Below are positions 1 through 8,920 of a DNA stretch of 26,425 nt, in pieces; positions within the stretch are counted from its first letter, which is position 1, and every line of letters starts with the position of its first letter. The notes beneath the pieces are model-generated. The model saw only the letters and a list, made by a program, of their open reading frames with translations, ran no database searches and had not been told where the DNA came from. The position numbers and the translations under genes are program-made. Origin of the DNA: a virus (taxonomy: Duplodnaviria > Caudoviricetes); IMG/VR virus record IMGVR_UViG_3300033555_000020, positions 1-26,425 of that record; one strand, written 5' to 3'.

Positions 1-981
1 GGGATCGACGAGCCGAAGCCGGCTCGTCGATCCCGCCGCGCTGCCCCGGAGCCGGACCCGGAGCCGGACGGTCCCACCATGCCAAAGAGCCTGCGCGCGT
101 TGCGTGCGCTCGACGACGACGCGTTCGCTGAGCTGGTCGAGTTCCTCGAGCTGGAGGAGGACGCGACCGAGGAGGACGTCTGGGAGGCCGTGCAGGAGGC
201 CGCCGCGGATGAGGAGCCGGCTGAGGAGCCGACGCCCCGCCGCGGACGCCGCGCGAAGGCCGAGGAGGAGGCCCCCAAGCCCCGCCGCGGTAGCCGGTCG
301 AAGGACGTCGACGAGGACGAGGACGAGGACGACGAGGACGACGACGACGACGAGGACGACGACTCCTCCTCGGGCGGCGCGCGCCGCGGGTTCGCCGGCT
401 TCAAGAAGGCGAAGGAGTCGACGTCGCAGTTCGCCGACGACTTCAAGCTCACCGACGAAGAGCAGCTGGTGAAGTTCATCGAGGACGAGCCGTACGCCGC
501 CTACGCCGAGCACGGGCTGTACAAGGAGCTGAGCGAGGGCCAGCGCGTGCACAACTGCCTCGGCAGCAAGCCGCAGCCCCAGTCCTGCGCCATCTGCGAC
601 ACCGGGCACAACCCGCGCCCCATCGGCCTGTTCAACGTCGTCGTGCTGCCCGAGGGTGGGCAGCCCGAGCTGAAGACGCTGAAGGCCGGCCCGAAGCTCA
701 TGAAGCAGCTCGAGACCAAGAGCAAGCTGAAGACCGGGCCGTTGAGCAAGGAGTACTACTCCATGTCGCAGTCGCCGGGCAAGAACGACGGCCCGGTGGA
801 GTACAGCGTGGACGTCGTCCGCACCCGCGACCTCACCGACGAGGACGGGTGGAACACCGACCCGCTCACGACCGCCGAGCTGAAGGCGTTCAAGGCGAAG
901 ATGCCTGACGAGACCGACGTCAAGTACCCGACGACGGCCGACGCCAAGGCCATCGCCCGCAAGCTCCGCAGCCGGGACTGA
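1..981 (+). CDS. Single-stranded DNA-binding protein, gp32-like (5'-partial)
   Basis: Frame is open from base 1 (GIDEPKPARR...) into the ATG at 79. Long acidic low-complexity N-terminus, then an H-x-C...C-x2-C Zn-type motif (HNCLG...CAICD) and a beta-rich OB-like region. Sits directly upstream of the DNA polymerase. Confidence 0.65.
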   Translation, partial: GIDEPKPARRSRRAAPEPDPEPDGPTMPKSLRALRALDDDAFAELVEFLELEEDATEEDVWEAVQEAAADEEPAEEPTPRRGRRAKAEEEAPKPRRGSRSKDVDEDEDEDDEDDDDDEDDDSSSGGARRGFAGFKKAKESTSQFADDFKLTDEEQLVKFIEDEPYAAYAEHGLYKELSEGQRVHNCLGSKPQPQSCAICDTGHNPRPIGLFNVVVLPEGGQPELKTLKAGPKLMKQLETKSKLKTGPLSKEYYSMSQSPGKNDGPVEYSVDVVRTRDLTDEDGWNTDPLTTAELKAFKAKMPDETDVKYPTTADAKAIARKLRSRD

Positions 982-989
982 GGGCTTCC

Positions 990-1334
990 GTGAGCGTGCC
1001 TGAGCTGACTCGCCTGCGCCTGCAGGTGCACACGAGCGACACCGGCTCTCGCACGCTCACGGTGTCCTGGCTCGCGAACACCCAACAGCTGCTGCTGGAG
1101 GACTTCGAGGCGGCGGCCGTTGACGCGGCTCTCGCTTCTGCGCACGCCGCCGGCCACATGCCGGTCGGACCGATGTTCGTGCAGACCGAGGCCGCCGAGC
1201 ACAAGCAGGAGCCCTTGAAGGAGGGCAAGCCTCTGCTGCGCAGCTTCGAGGACATGGCCATCGACAACGCCATCATGCTGGGCAACCTCGTGCTCGTGAC
1301 GTGCAGCGTCGAGCTGGGGCTGAGTTTTGACTAG
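990..1334 (+). CDS. Hypothetical protein
   Basis: GC3-rich codons; fills the gap between SSB and polymerase; overlaps the polymerase start. Confidence 0.7.
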   Translation: MSVPELTRLRLQVHTSDTGSRTLTVSWLANTQQLLLEDFEAAAVDAALASAHAAGHMPVGPMFVQTEAAEHKQEPLKEGKPLLRSFEDMAIDNAIMLGNLVLVTCSVELGLSFD

Positions 1335-3297
1335 CTCCCGCGTGCCTTCGTACGTCATCACCGACGAGGTGCAGCTCAAGGAGCTGGTCGGCGTCCTCAT
1401 CGACGAGGGCGCGTTCGTTTTCGACGTCGAGACCATGGGCACCGACGCCGAGACCGGTGCGGACATCCGTCTCGACCCCCGCCGCAACGAGGTCGTTTGG
1501 CTCAGCTTCGCGACTCGCGGCCTGGCTTTCACCGTGCCCGTGGCTCACCCGCACGGCCAGCAGATCGGCACGACGCTCGAGCCGCGCGTCGGCAGCGACG
1601 GCAAGACGCGAAACTTCAAGGTGCCTGCGTGGTCGCCGGCCCCGCCACAGATCGGGCGCGCGGCCGCGTTCGGCATCCTCGAGCCGCTCTTCTACGCCGA
1701 GGGCGTCGAGAAGGGTGGTCACAACGTCAAGTTCGACCTCGAGTCGACGCAGAAGTACTACGACGACGAGGTCATGCCGGGTCCGTTCTTCGACACGCAG
1801 GTCGCTGCGCACACGCTGAACGAGAACCACCACACCTACCGGCTCGGCGACGTCGTGAAGCGGGAGTACGGGTTCACCTACGACAAGAAGCTCGGCGAGC
1901 GCATCGAGCGGTACGGCTTCCGCGAGGCCGCGCAGTACAGCTTCCTCGACAGCAAGTGGACCTGGCTGCTGCGGCAGCGGTACTCGCCGCTCATCGGCAA
2001 GCAGAAGCTGGACGGTCTCTGGGCGCTCGAGATGGACGTGCTCGAGGTGCTCCTGTTCATGGAGACCGAGGGCGCTCTGCTTGACGTCGACGCGGCCGAG
2101 AAGCTGTACGCCGAGCTGGGCCGCGAGCGCGAGCGGCTGAGGGGCACGCTGTACCGCATCGCCGGCCACGAGGTGAACCTGAACAGCGCGCCCCAGATGC
2201 AGAAGCTGCTCTTCGACAAGAAGAAGGACGGCGGCTTCGGCCTCAAGGTCATGCAGCGCACGAAGGGTGGTGCACCGAGCACCGCGAAGGCCGCGCTGGA
2301 GGCGCACGCCGGCCACCCGTTCGTCGGCACCTACCAGGAGCTGCAGGAGGTCGACAAGGTCTGGGGCACCTACCTGAAGGCGTACCTCGGTGGTGAGACC
2401 GAGCGGCAGGTCAACGGCAAGAAGACCATCGAGGTGAAGCCATCCATCCTCGTCGAGGGCAAGCTGCACGCGAACTTCAAGCAGCACGGCACCGTCACGG
2501 GTCGCTTCTCCTGCAGCGAGCCGAACCTGCAGAACATCCCGCGACCGAGTAGCGAGCTGGGCAAGCAGGTGCGCGGCCTGTTCATCGCCCCGCCCGACCA
2601 CAAGCTCATCGTCGCCGACTACGCCCAGATCGAGTACGTCGTCATGGGCCACTTCAGCCGTGACCCGATGCTCGTCAAGGCGTTCACGACCGGCATCGAC
2701 CTGCACCAGTACGTCGCGGCGATGGTGTTCGGCAAGTCCATCGACGATGTCAGCAAGTCCGAGCGTGGTACCGCGAAGAACACCAACTTCGCTGTGGCCT
2801 ACGGGGCCGGCGACGAGAAGGTCGCGGCCATGTCCGGCATCTCCTTGGCCGAGGCGGTCGGCTTCCGCAAGGCGCACAAGAAGATGATGCCGAAGCTGTA
2901 CCGCTGGACCGAGGGCGTCGTGCAGGACTGCCGTCGCGCGAAGCCCCCGCACGTCAAGACGCTGCTGGGCCGACGCCGACGGCTGCCGACCATCCACAGC
3001 CAGACGTGGAGCCTGCGCTCGGAGGCTGAGAGGCAGGCGGTGAACAGCGTCGTGCAGGGCAGCGCCGCGGACATCATCAAGGTGGCCATGGTGCGCCTGC
3101 ACCGGCTCTGCGACGAGGAGATGCGCTTGAGCTTGAGCGTGCACGATGAGCTGGTCCTCGTGGTCCCGGACAACCGCGTCGAAGACGGGCAGGCTGCGAT
3201 TCGGGAGGCGATGCTGGGACCTGGCATCGCGAGCATGCTGAACTTGCCCATGAACATTGACTTGAAGGTCGTCGACCGCTGGGCCGACGCGAAGTAG
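1327..3297 (+). CDS. polA: Family A DNA polymerase (3'-5' exonuclease plus polymerase; no 5'-3' exonuclease domain)
   Basis: ExoI FDVET, ExoII GHNVKFD, ExoIII YSFLD; TVTGRFSCSEPNLQNIP; motif A DYAQIE; motif B RGTAKNTNFAVAYG; motif C VHDEL. Confidence 0.97.
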   Translation: MTSSRVPSYVITDEVQLKELVGVLIDEGAFVFDVETMGTDAETGADIRLDPRRNEVVWLSFATRGLAFTVPVAHPHGQQIGTTLEPRVGSDGKTRNFKVPAWSPAPPQIGRAAAFGILEPLFYAEGVEKGGHNVKFDLESTQKYYDDEVMPGPFFDTQVAAHTLNENHHTYRLGDVVKREYGFTYDKKLGERIERYGFREAAQYSFLDSKWTWLLRQRYSPLIGKQKLDGLWALEMDVLEVLLFMETEGALLDVDAAEKLYAELGRERERLRGTLYRIAGHEVNLNSAPQMQKLLFDKKKDGGFGLKVMQRTKGGAPSTAKAALEAHAGHPFVGTYQELQEVDKVWGTYLKAYLGGETERQVNGKKTIEVKPSILVEGKLHANFKQHGTVTGRFSCSEPNLQNIPRPSSELGKQVRGLFIAPPDHKLIVADYAQIEYVVMGHFSRDPMLVKAFTTGIDLHQYVAAMVFGKSIDDVSKSERGTAKNTNFAVAYGAGDEKVAAMSGISLAEAVGFRKAHKKMMPKLYRWTEGVVQDCRRAKPPHVKTLLGRRRRLPTIHSQTWSLRSEAERQAVNSVVQGSAADIIKVAMVRLHRLCDEEMRLSLSVHDELVLVVPDNRVEDGQAAIREAMLGPGIASMLNLPMNIDLKVVDRWADAK

Positions 3298-3311
3298 ATG
3301 AGGAGCACCTG

Positions 3312-3911
3312 ATGTCTGACTGGTACGCACGAAAGCTGTCCGAGCTGCGCGGGCAACCGTTGGTTCCTGGGCCGCCGGCGAGCGCCCCGCAGTACCCACC
3401 GACGCAGCCCCTAGCTCCTGGCCAGCTGCCGCCGCACCTCGCGCCGTACGCCCAGCCCAGCCAGTACGTCCGGCAGGCCCCACAGCCCGGCCAGGATCCC
3501 GCGTCGCAGCCACCCTCGCAGCAGCCCCAGTACACGAGCTACGACGCCAACACGGGCGCGCAGGTGGCCGACGACGGCACCATCGCGCTGATCGCCGGCG
3601 CAGCCCAGACCGGCGGCAGCCGTGTCGTGCAGCAGAACAGCGACAGCTGCCCGAACTGCGGCGGGGGCAACTACTTCACCGTGCAGGAGGGCGGTGTCTT
3701 CAGCAAGAGCACCGGCAGCCGCGTACACGCCATGCAGTGCGCCGACTGCAACTACCCGCAGGTCCAGGCTGGAAGCCACGGTGGCGCGCTGCAGGGCAGC
3801 CGCAGCGCCGGGCCGGCCAGGGCAGCGCGACAGCTTCCCCCCGGTCACCGCGTGACCGTCATCGCGGACGGCGGCCAGCAGGTCACGTTCGAACCCCCGA
3901 CCGGAAGGTAG
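3312..3911 (+). CDS. Hypothetical protein, Pro/Gln-rich with Zn ribbon
   Basis: RBS GAGGAG before the ATG; CPNC...CADC pair; P/Q-rich disordered N-terminus. Confidence 0.8.
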   Translation: MSDWYARKLSELRGQPLVPGPPASAPQYPPTQPLAPGQLPPHLAPYAQPSQYVRQAPQPGQDPASQPPSQQPQYTSYDANTGAQVADDGTIALIAGAAQTGGSRVVQQNSDSCPNCGGGNYFTVQEGGVFSKSTGSRVHAMQCADCNYPQVQAGSHGGALQGSRSAGPARAARQLPPGHRVTVIADGGQQVTFEPPTGR

Positions 3912-3914
3912 ACA

Positions 3915-5153
3915 GTGCCACCGCGCAAGCGCATCCCGACCAAGGCCACCGCGGCTGAGGTCGCCACCGAAGCTGGCAAGTTTGACCGCAAGGCCGCGAC
4001 GCTCGCCATCCGCAACAAGCTGAACCGCAAGACGACGTCGAGCAAGTACGGCCCCGGCACAGTCGTGTCCGCGTCCGAGGTCGTTGTGCCGACCAGGCTG
4101 CCGACCGGCTCACCAGCGTTCGACGTCGCGATGACCGGCGGGCTGCCGGTGAACCAGTGGACCGAGGTCGTCGGCAACGAGAACAGCGGCAAGACGACGT
4201 TCATCCTGAAGAGCCTGGCGAAGGCTCAGCGCGTCGACCCTGACTTCGTCTGCCTCTGGATCGCCAGCGAGACCTACGACCCGAAGCTCGCGACGATGTG
4301 CGGCGTCGACAACAGCCGTGTCGAGCTGGTCGAGGAGAACATCATGGAAATCGCCTTCGACATCGCGCTCGAGTACATCGACGGGCGCGGCTGCGACATG
4401 GTCGTCATCGACTCCTACCCAGCCCTGAGCACGCAGCTGGAGGACGCGAAGACCATGGAGGAGCACACCATGGGCGGCGCGAAGGTGCTGAACCTCTTCA
4501 TGCGCAAGTGCACCAAGGCCAGCAAGCGGAGCCTGACGGACCCCGACAACGACCGCCCCTTCACGGGTGTGATTGTGAACCAGTGGCGCGAGAAGATTGG
4601 CGTCATGCACGGCGACCCCCGTACGACGCCGGGCGGCAAGGGCAAGAACTACTGGATGTACGCCCGCCTCGACGTGAAGCGCGACGAGTGGATCACCGAC
4701 AGCTCGAAGGCCAAGATCGGTCAGGTCATCAAGATCGTCTGCTTCAAGATGAAGGGTGCGCGGCCGCAGCAGGTCGGCGTGACCGACTTCTACTTCGCGG
4801 ACTACGGCGAGTTCAAGGCCGGCGACTACGACGAGTTCAAGGGCCTGGTCAACCTGGGGCTGCTGTTCGACATCATCGGCCGGCGGGGCAGCGGCTACGT
4901 TGACCTCAACGGCGTGTTCTACAAGAGCAGCGCCCTTCTCGTCGAAGCGCTCCGCACCGATCAGCAGCAGCGCGCCCGGCTCGAGAAGGAGCTGGTCGAG
5001 AACAGCAAGCGCGGGCTGGCCCCGGTCGACATCGAGGACGAGCCGGCTGACGTCGTGCACCTCGTGCCGGCCATCGAGGAGGAGGACGTGCCGAGCGCCC
5101 GTCCTTCCAAGCCCCGCAAGCGCACGCCCCGCACTGCACCCGTCGCGTCGTGA
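3915..5153 (+). CDS. recA: RecA-like recombinase
   Basis: PTGSPAFDVAMTGGLP; Walker A GNENSGKT; Walker B MVVIDS; NQWREKIGVMHGDPRTTPGGK. Confidence 0.96.
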   Translation: MPPRKRIPTKATAAEVATEAGKFDRKAATLAIRNKLNRKTTSSKYGPGTVVSASEVVVPTRLPTGSPAFDVAMTGGLPVNQWTEVVGNENSGKTTFILKSLAKAQRVDPDFVCLWIASETYDPKLATMCGVDNSRVELVEENIMEIAFDIALEYIDGRGCDMVVIDSYPALSTQLEDAKTMEEHTMGGAKVLNLFMRKCTKASKRSLTDPDNDRPFTGVIVNQWREKIGVMHGDPRTTPGGKGKNYWMYARLDVKRDEWITDSSKAKIGQVIKIVCFKMKGARPQQVGVTDFYFADYGEFKAGDYDEFKGLVNLGLLFDIIGRRGSGYVDLNGVFYKSSALLVEALRTDQQQRARLEKELVENSKRGLAPVDIEDEPADVVHLVPAIEEEDVPSARPSKPRKRTPRTAPVAS

Positions 5154-5476
5154 CAGCACCCGAGGGCAGCTGGCACGGGTGGGCGCACGGCGAGAACGCG
5201 CTCTACCTGGCCCCGCTGGGTGAGGAGGACCGCATCGGGCTGTACCTGCAGCTCGGCCGGGAGACCGAGCTGGCTGCCGTCTTCATGGATCCCGCCATGG
5301 CCCAGATGGCCATGGACTTCCTCGACGCCAGCTTGACCGCGACGGCAAGCGCCAACGCTCAGCTGCTGCAGCGCCTCGAGTCCGAGCAGCCCCTGCTGTT
5401 CCAGCAGCCTGCGCCGGCCGGCGTCGCGCCCATCGAGGAGGAGCTGGACGCCTACGACCCGGACGGACGAGTGTGA
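5150..5476 (+). CDS. Hypothetical protein
   Basis: GTGA overlaps with both neighbours; typical codon usage. Confidence 0.75.
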   Translation: MTAPEGSWHGWAHGENALYLAPLGEEDRIGLYLQLGRETELAAVFMDPAMAQMAMDFLDASLTATASANAQLLQRLESEQPLLFQQPAPAGVAPIEEELDAYDPDGRV

Positions 5477-5856
5477 CGACCATCCGCAGGCGCATCAAGC
5501 AGTCGCAGGTGCAAGAGCTGCGCGGTGCTCGACAGCTCGGTGGAACGGTGCGCAGCGGATCCGGCAGCAAGGTGTTAGCGAAGGGAGATGTGCGAGTTCC
5601 CAGAAGGGATGGCGCAATAGGGGTCACATCTGGCACATTGGTCGAGTACAAGCGCACGGACACCAAGGGCATCCGACTAACCACTGTGATGCTTGAAAAG
5701 ATCAGGACAGAGGCGCTGCTGGAAAGTCGGCAGCACCTACTCGGGTTCGAGCTTGGCGGTCGCGACTACGTCGTGGTCCCCGCCGAGCGGTACATGGAAC
5801 TCGAGGAGTTGGAGCGCGGCCAGGATGTTGTTGACAGGACCGAACGGCGACCTTGA
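5473..5856 (+). CDS. Holliday junction resolvase, Hjc-like PD-(D/E)xK nuclease
   Basis: N-terminal E (QELRGAR), GSGS...KGD and VEYK motifs; located next to RecA. Confidence 0.8.
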   Translation: MTTIRRRIKQSQVQELRGARQLGGTVRSGSGSKVLAKGDVRVPRRDGAIGVTSGTLVEYKRTDTKGIRLTTVMLEKIRTEALLESRQHLLGFELGGRDYVVVPAERYMELEELERGQDVVDRTERRP

Positions 5857-6316
5857 CGTCTCCACAGGTAGATGTCGAGGGGTGGCTTACCAGCCAGACC
5901 ACGACGCCCAGAAGGACCGCTTCTTCCCGGAGCGAGGCACCGCGCAGATCACCGCTCGCGACGCGAAGCTGGTCTGCAACGGCGAAGGGGCCATGCCTGC
6001 GTGTCCGATGCGGGAGGCGTGCTTGGAGTACGCGATGGCCCGCAAGGAGCGCTTCGGCATCTGGGGCGGGCTGAGCGAGCGCGAGCGCGCACGCCTGGCG
6101 AAGCAGCGCAGGGTCGAGAAGCGCCGGCAGGAGCTGGAGCTGGAGCTGCGTCGCGAGAAGCGCAGCGAGTCGGCACGACGGGCCTGGGAGACGCGAAAGC
6201 GTCGGAGGCTCGAGGTAGAGATGGAGCACGAGGCCACCATGGCCGACACCCGGAGCAAGGAGCAGCGTGGCCCAACGATCATCAAGCGCCGCCGAACCCG
6301 CGCCGAAGCCGCGTAG
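5825..6316 (+). CDS. whiB: WhiB family transcription factor
   Basis: C...FFP...AKLVC...CPMREACLEYA...FGIWGGLSERER (four Cys plus the GIWGG turn); long basic C-terminal tail. Start reassigned to ATG 5825. Confidence 0.93.
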   Translation: MLLTGPNGDLDVSTGRCRGVAYQPDHDAQKDRFFPERGTAQITARDAKLVCNGEGAMPACPMREACLEYAMARKERFGIWGGLSERERARLAKQRRVEKRRQELELELRREKRSESARRAWETRKRRRLEVEMEHEATMADTRSKEQRGPTIIKRRRTRAEAA

Positions 6317-7460
6317 GGAGAAGGCATCCGGCCTCATGGGCCGCTTCGCGAAGGCGGCGAAGAACAACAACGACCTGCTGGCCGACTGCGAAAGGCTGTT
6401 GCTGCGCGAGCACGACGAGCCACAGGTCCAGAACGGCGGGGTCCGGCGCAACGACGTCATCCACCCGTCCGAGATGGCCAAGAGCGACTGGTGCCCTCGC
6501 TCGACGTACCTGCGCATCGCGAACTCTCGCGCCGGCATCATCCCGAAGACGGAGGCCGCGCACTTCCAGCTCGAGAACATCTTCGAGGAGGGCCACGAGT
6601 ACCACCGGAAGTGGCAGTCCCGGTTCCGCCGCATGAACCGCCTACGCGGCCGCTGGTTCTGTGAGGCGTGCAGCCACCGCTGGCAAGCCATCAGTCCCTT
6701 CGACTGCCCGGAGTGCGGAGCGCCGACCGACGCCATCAGCTACCACGAGGTCGGGCTGCGTGACAAGGACTACCTCATCAGCGGGAGCGCGGACGGCGAG
6801 GTCATCTCGCTGAACACCGACGCCGACGACGTCCTCATCGAGGTGAAGAGCATCGGCGAGGGCACCATCCGCCAGGAGCTGCCGGCGGTGCTCATGAAGC
6901 ACACCCACGAGATCGTTGACCCGACGTGGGGCAAGAAGATGAAGGTGCTCGACCACCGCGGTGTCTGGAAGGACATCACGACGCCTTTCGGGCCACACCT
7001 GCGACAGGGCTTGATCTACCTGAAGCTGCGCAACGATCCCGCCATCAAGCGCATCTGCTTCATCTACGAGTACAAGCCGACGTCGGCTGTGAAGGCGTTC
7101 TACGTGACACGCGACGACGCCGAGGTGCAGGAGCTGTGGGACCTGTGCGGCGACATCGTCTACGCGCTCGACCAGGGAGGAGAGCCGCCGCGGTGCATCG
7201 ACCGCAGCGGTCCGTGCAAGAGCTGCAAGGAGCAAGGTCATGACGCAGGTGCGCCGCCGGCAGGTGCAGCAGGTGAAGGAGTCGCTGAGAGTCGCGACCG
7301 AGCTGGCGAAGGAGCAGCTCCCGCTGCCGGCCCGACCACGGTCCGACGTCCCCGAGCTGCGGGGCGACCTGACCGACCTCGAAGACGGCGACCTGATGGA
7401 CCTGCTGGTGAGGCTGACGCGGTGGGCCGACTTCTCGGGCGGTCAGCTAGCTCTGGCTGA
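6267..7460 (+). CDS. Cas4-family / RecB-like exonuclease
   Basis: HPSE...WCPR, GHEYH, SGSADG, IEVKS, QGLIY and a C-terminal C...CKSC Fe-S-type cluster; internal CEAC/CPEC Zn ribbon. Confidence 0.88.
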   Translation: MAQRSSSAAEPAPKPRREKASGLMGRFAKAAKNNNDLLADCERLLLREHDEPQVQNGGVRRNDVIHPSEMAKSDWCPRSTYLRIANSRAGIIPKTEAAHFQLENIFEEGHEYHRKWQSRFRRMNRLRGRWFCEACSHRWQAISPFDCPECGAPTDAISYHEVGLRDKDYLISGSADGEVISLNTDADDVLIEVKSIGEGTIRQELPAVLMKHTHEIVDPTWGKKMKVLDHRGVWKDITTPFGPHLRQGLIYLKLRNDPAIKRICFIYEYKPTSAVKAFYVTRDDAEVQELWDLCGDIVYALDQGGEPPRCIDRSGPCKSCKEQGHDAGAPPAGAAGEGVAESRDRAGEGAAPAAGPTTVRRPRAAGRPDRPRRRRPDGPAGEADAVGRLLGRSASSG

Positions 7461-7746
7461 GGTCGACGAGACCTACGCCGAGGCGCTGCTCGACAAGCTC
7501 AAGGCGCTCGGCTACGTGAAGGGCAGCGGGGACAAGGTCACGACGGCGCGCGCCGAGATGCAGCTGGACGACGACTACCAGGCGGCCGTGCAGTCCAAGC
7601 TCGAGGCGTACGCCCGGCGCAAGCTGCTCATCGCCCGGCACACCGCCTTCGAGCGCGACGCTGCCGTCGTCAGCCGCGAGCTGAGCCGGCGCATCGAGCG
7701 GGATCCCAGTCAGCGCAGGACCGCGAGGATGGGTGGGGCACGGTGA
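7240..7746 (+). CDS. Helical protein, possibly a UvsY-like recombination mediator
   Basis: All-helical coiled-coil pattern ending SRELSRR, inside the recombination operon. The function is inferred from context only. Confidence 0.6.
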   Translation: MTQVRRRQVQQVKESLRVATELAKEQLPLPARPRSDVPELRGDLTDLEDGDLMDLLVRLTRWADFSGGQLALAEVDETYAEALLDKLKALGYVKGSGDKVTTARAEMQLDDDYQAAVQSKLEAYARRKLLIARHTAFERDAAVVSRELSRRIERDPSQRRTARMGGAR

Positions 7747-8126
7747 CCGTCATCCCGGCGCACCGCCGGCAGAAGGCACGCACGCGCCGCGGGCACCCCG
7801 CCGCGAGCTTCCAGGCCGCCTGGCGCGTCGACATGGGCATCCGAGGCATCGACGCCAAGATGGCCGGCGTGCTGTGGGCGATGAAGACGTTCGGGCGCGA
7901 CGAAGCGCTGACGAACGACGACATCGAGCAGCGGTACTTCGAGCTGGCGGCCGGCGACCCCGAGCACTTCCCGATGCAGAAGCCGCAGGGCATCCGTAGC
8001 CGGCGCAAGCAGCTCGAGGACTCCGTCGGTGAGCACCCGCTGGTCATGCCGTGCCCGGCGCAGAAGATGAACCACGAGGGAACGCCGGTCACGGCCTGGC
8101 GAGTGACGGAGCGAGGATGGAGCTGA
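7743..8126 (+). CDS. Hypothetical protein (possible winged-helix DNA-binding)
   Basis: GTGA overlap; LTNDDI...IRSRRKQL...WRV pattern resembles small wHTH proteins. Confidence 0.6.
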   Translation: MTVIPAHRRQKARTRRGHPAASFQAAWRVDMGIRGIDAKMAGVLWAMKTFGRDEALTNDDIEQRYFELAAGDPEHFPMQKPQGIRSRRKQLEDSVGEHPLVMPCPAQKMNHEGTPVTAWRVTERGWS

Positions 8127-8386
8127 ACAGGCAGCAGCGGCGGGCGGCTGAGCGGCGCAAGCAGCCCGTGCTGGCCGGCATCCGCATCGGTGACCTGACG
8201 TTGAAGGAGGCCGAGGTCGTCGAGGAGGCGCTGGACCAGTACGCGCTGCACCTCGAGGAGCTGGGCGACCTGCAGGGCGAACGGGTCTGGGCGCTGGGGC
8301 GCGCGCGATCCATCCGTGACCGGATCCGCGCTTCGTTGGAGAACCGCCCGCACTACGACGCCCACGGCGAGCGGACGCCGGCGTGA
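8117..8386 (+). CDS. Hypothetical protein
   Basis: MELNRQQRRAAERRK N-terminus (an NRxxRR start common in phage proteins); overlaps the stop of the upstream gene. Confidence 0.7.
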   Translation: MELNRQQRRAAERRKQPVLAGIRIGDLTLKEAEVVEEALDQYALHLEELGDLQGERVWALGRARSIRDRIRASLENRPHYDAHGERTPA

Positions 8387-8868
8387 CGTCGCGAGTCCGC
8401 GGCCAGCTCCCGCAGCCCGGCGCGCGGCCGGTCGAGGGACGGGTCAACCGGCGCACCGCATCGTTCGTCGACCTCGAGGTGTACGGCAAGCCGGCCCCGA
8501 AGGGCAGCTACACCCAGGGCTTCGGGCGCAGCGTCAAGGACGCCGACCCGCGGACCAAGGGATGGACGGAACGCATCGCGCGGGTCGCCGCACTGCTGCC
8601 GGGGGGTGCGCTCGACGGCGCGCTCGAGGCCGAGTGCCACTTCGTCTTCGACCCGCCGAAGAGCTGGGACGGTGTCACGCCGCCGACGACGAAGTTCACC
8701 TACGACACCGACAAGCTGGTGCGGGCGGCCTTCGACGGACTGACACAGGCCGGCGTCTGGGCTGACGATGCGCGCTGCAGCAGGCAGACGTCGGAGAAGT
8801 GGTACGTCGGGCAGAAGGACTGCCCGCTCGATGAAGCAGGGTGCGCTCTCACGGTCTGGCTGCGCTGA
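8383..8868 (+). CDS. rusA: RusA-like Holliday junction resolvase
   Basis: VYGKPAPKGS and DTDKLVRAAFDGLTQAGVWADDAR (D-x-D-K...D...DD catalytic pattern). Confidence 0.88.
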   Translation: MTSRVRGQLPQPGARPVEGRVNRRTASFVDLEVYGKPAPKGSYTQGFGRSVKDADPRTKGWTERIARVAALLPGGALDGALEAECHFVFDPPKSWDGVTPPTTKFTYDTDKLVRAAFDGLTQAGVWADDARCSRQTSEKWYVGQKDCPLDEAGCALTVWLR

Positions 8869-8920
8869 CCGACCTACTCTCGCCCGAGCAGGACGGACAC
8901 CACTCGGATAGGAGAACGAC

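Noticed and set aside
300-365. GAC/GAG trinucleotide repeat tract
   Set aside because: It simply encodes the Asp/Glu-rich linker of the SSB-like protein.
1273-3513. 746-aa minus-strand ORF, and similar long antisense ORFs (4110-5159, 12290-13600, 17724-18716, 19801-21189, 21735-23327)
   Set aside because: Shadow ORFs opposite well-supported genes; high GC3 suppresses stop codons on the antisense strand.
1327-5153. Intein or intron in polA or recA
   Set aside because: Lengths are normal, motifs are contiguous, and no intein splice motifs were seen.
5693-5824. Upstream TTG start for whiB, and similar over-extended starts (12578, 17526, 19777, 22089)
   Set aside because: They give long overlaps with real genes or a terminator; downstream starts have an RBS or stop-start coupling, or give a much shorter overlap.
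6267-7460. CRISPR-Cas system suggested by the Cas4-like gene
   Set aside because: No repeat-spacer array and no cas1/cas2 seen; solo Cas4-like exonucleases are common in phage recombination modules.
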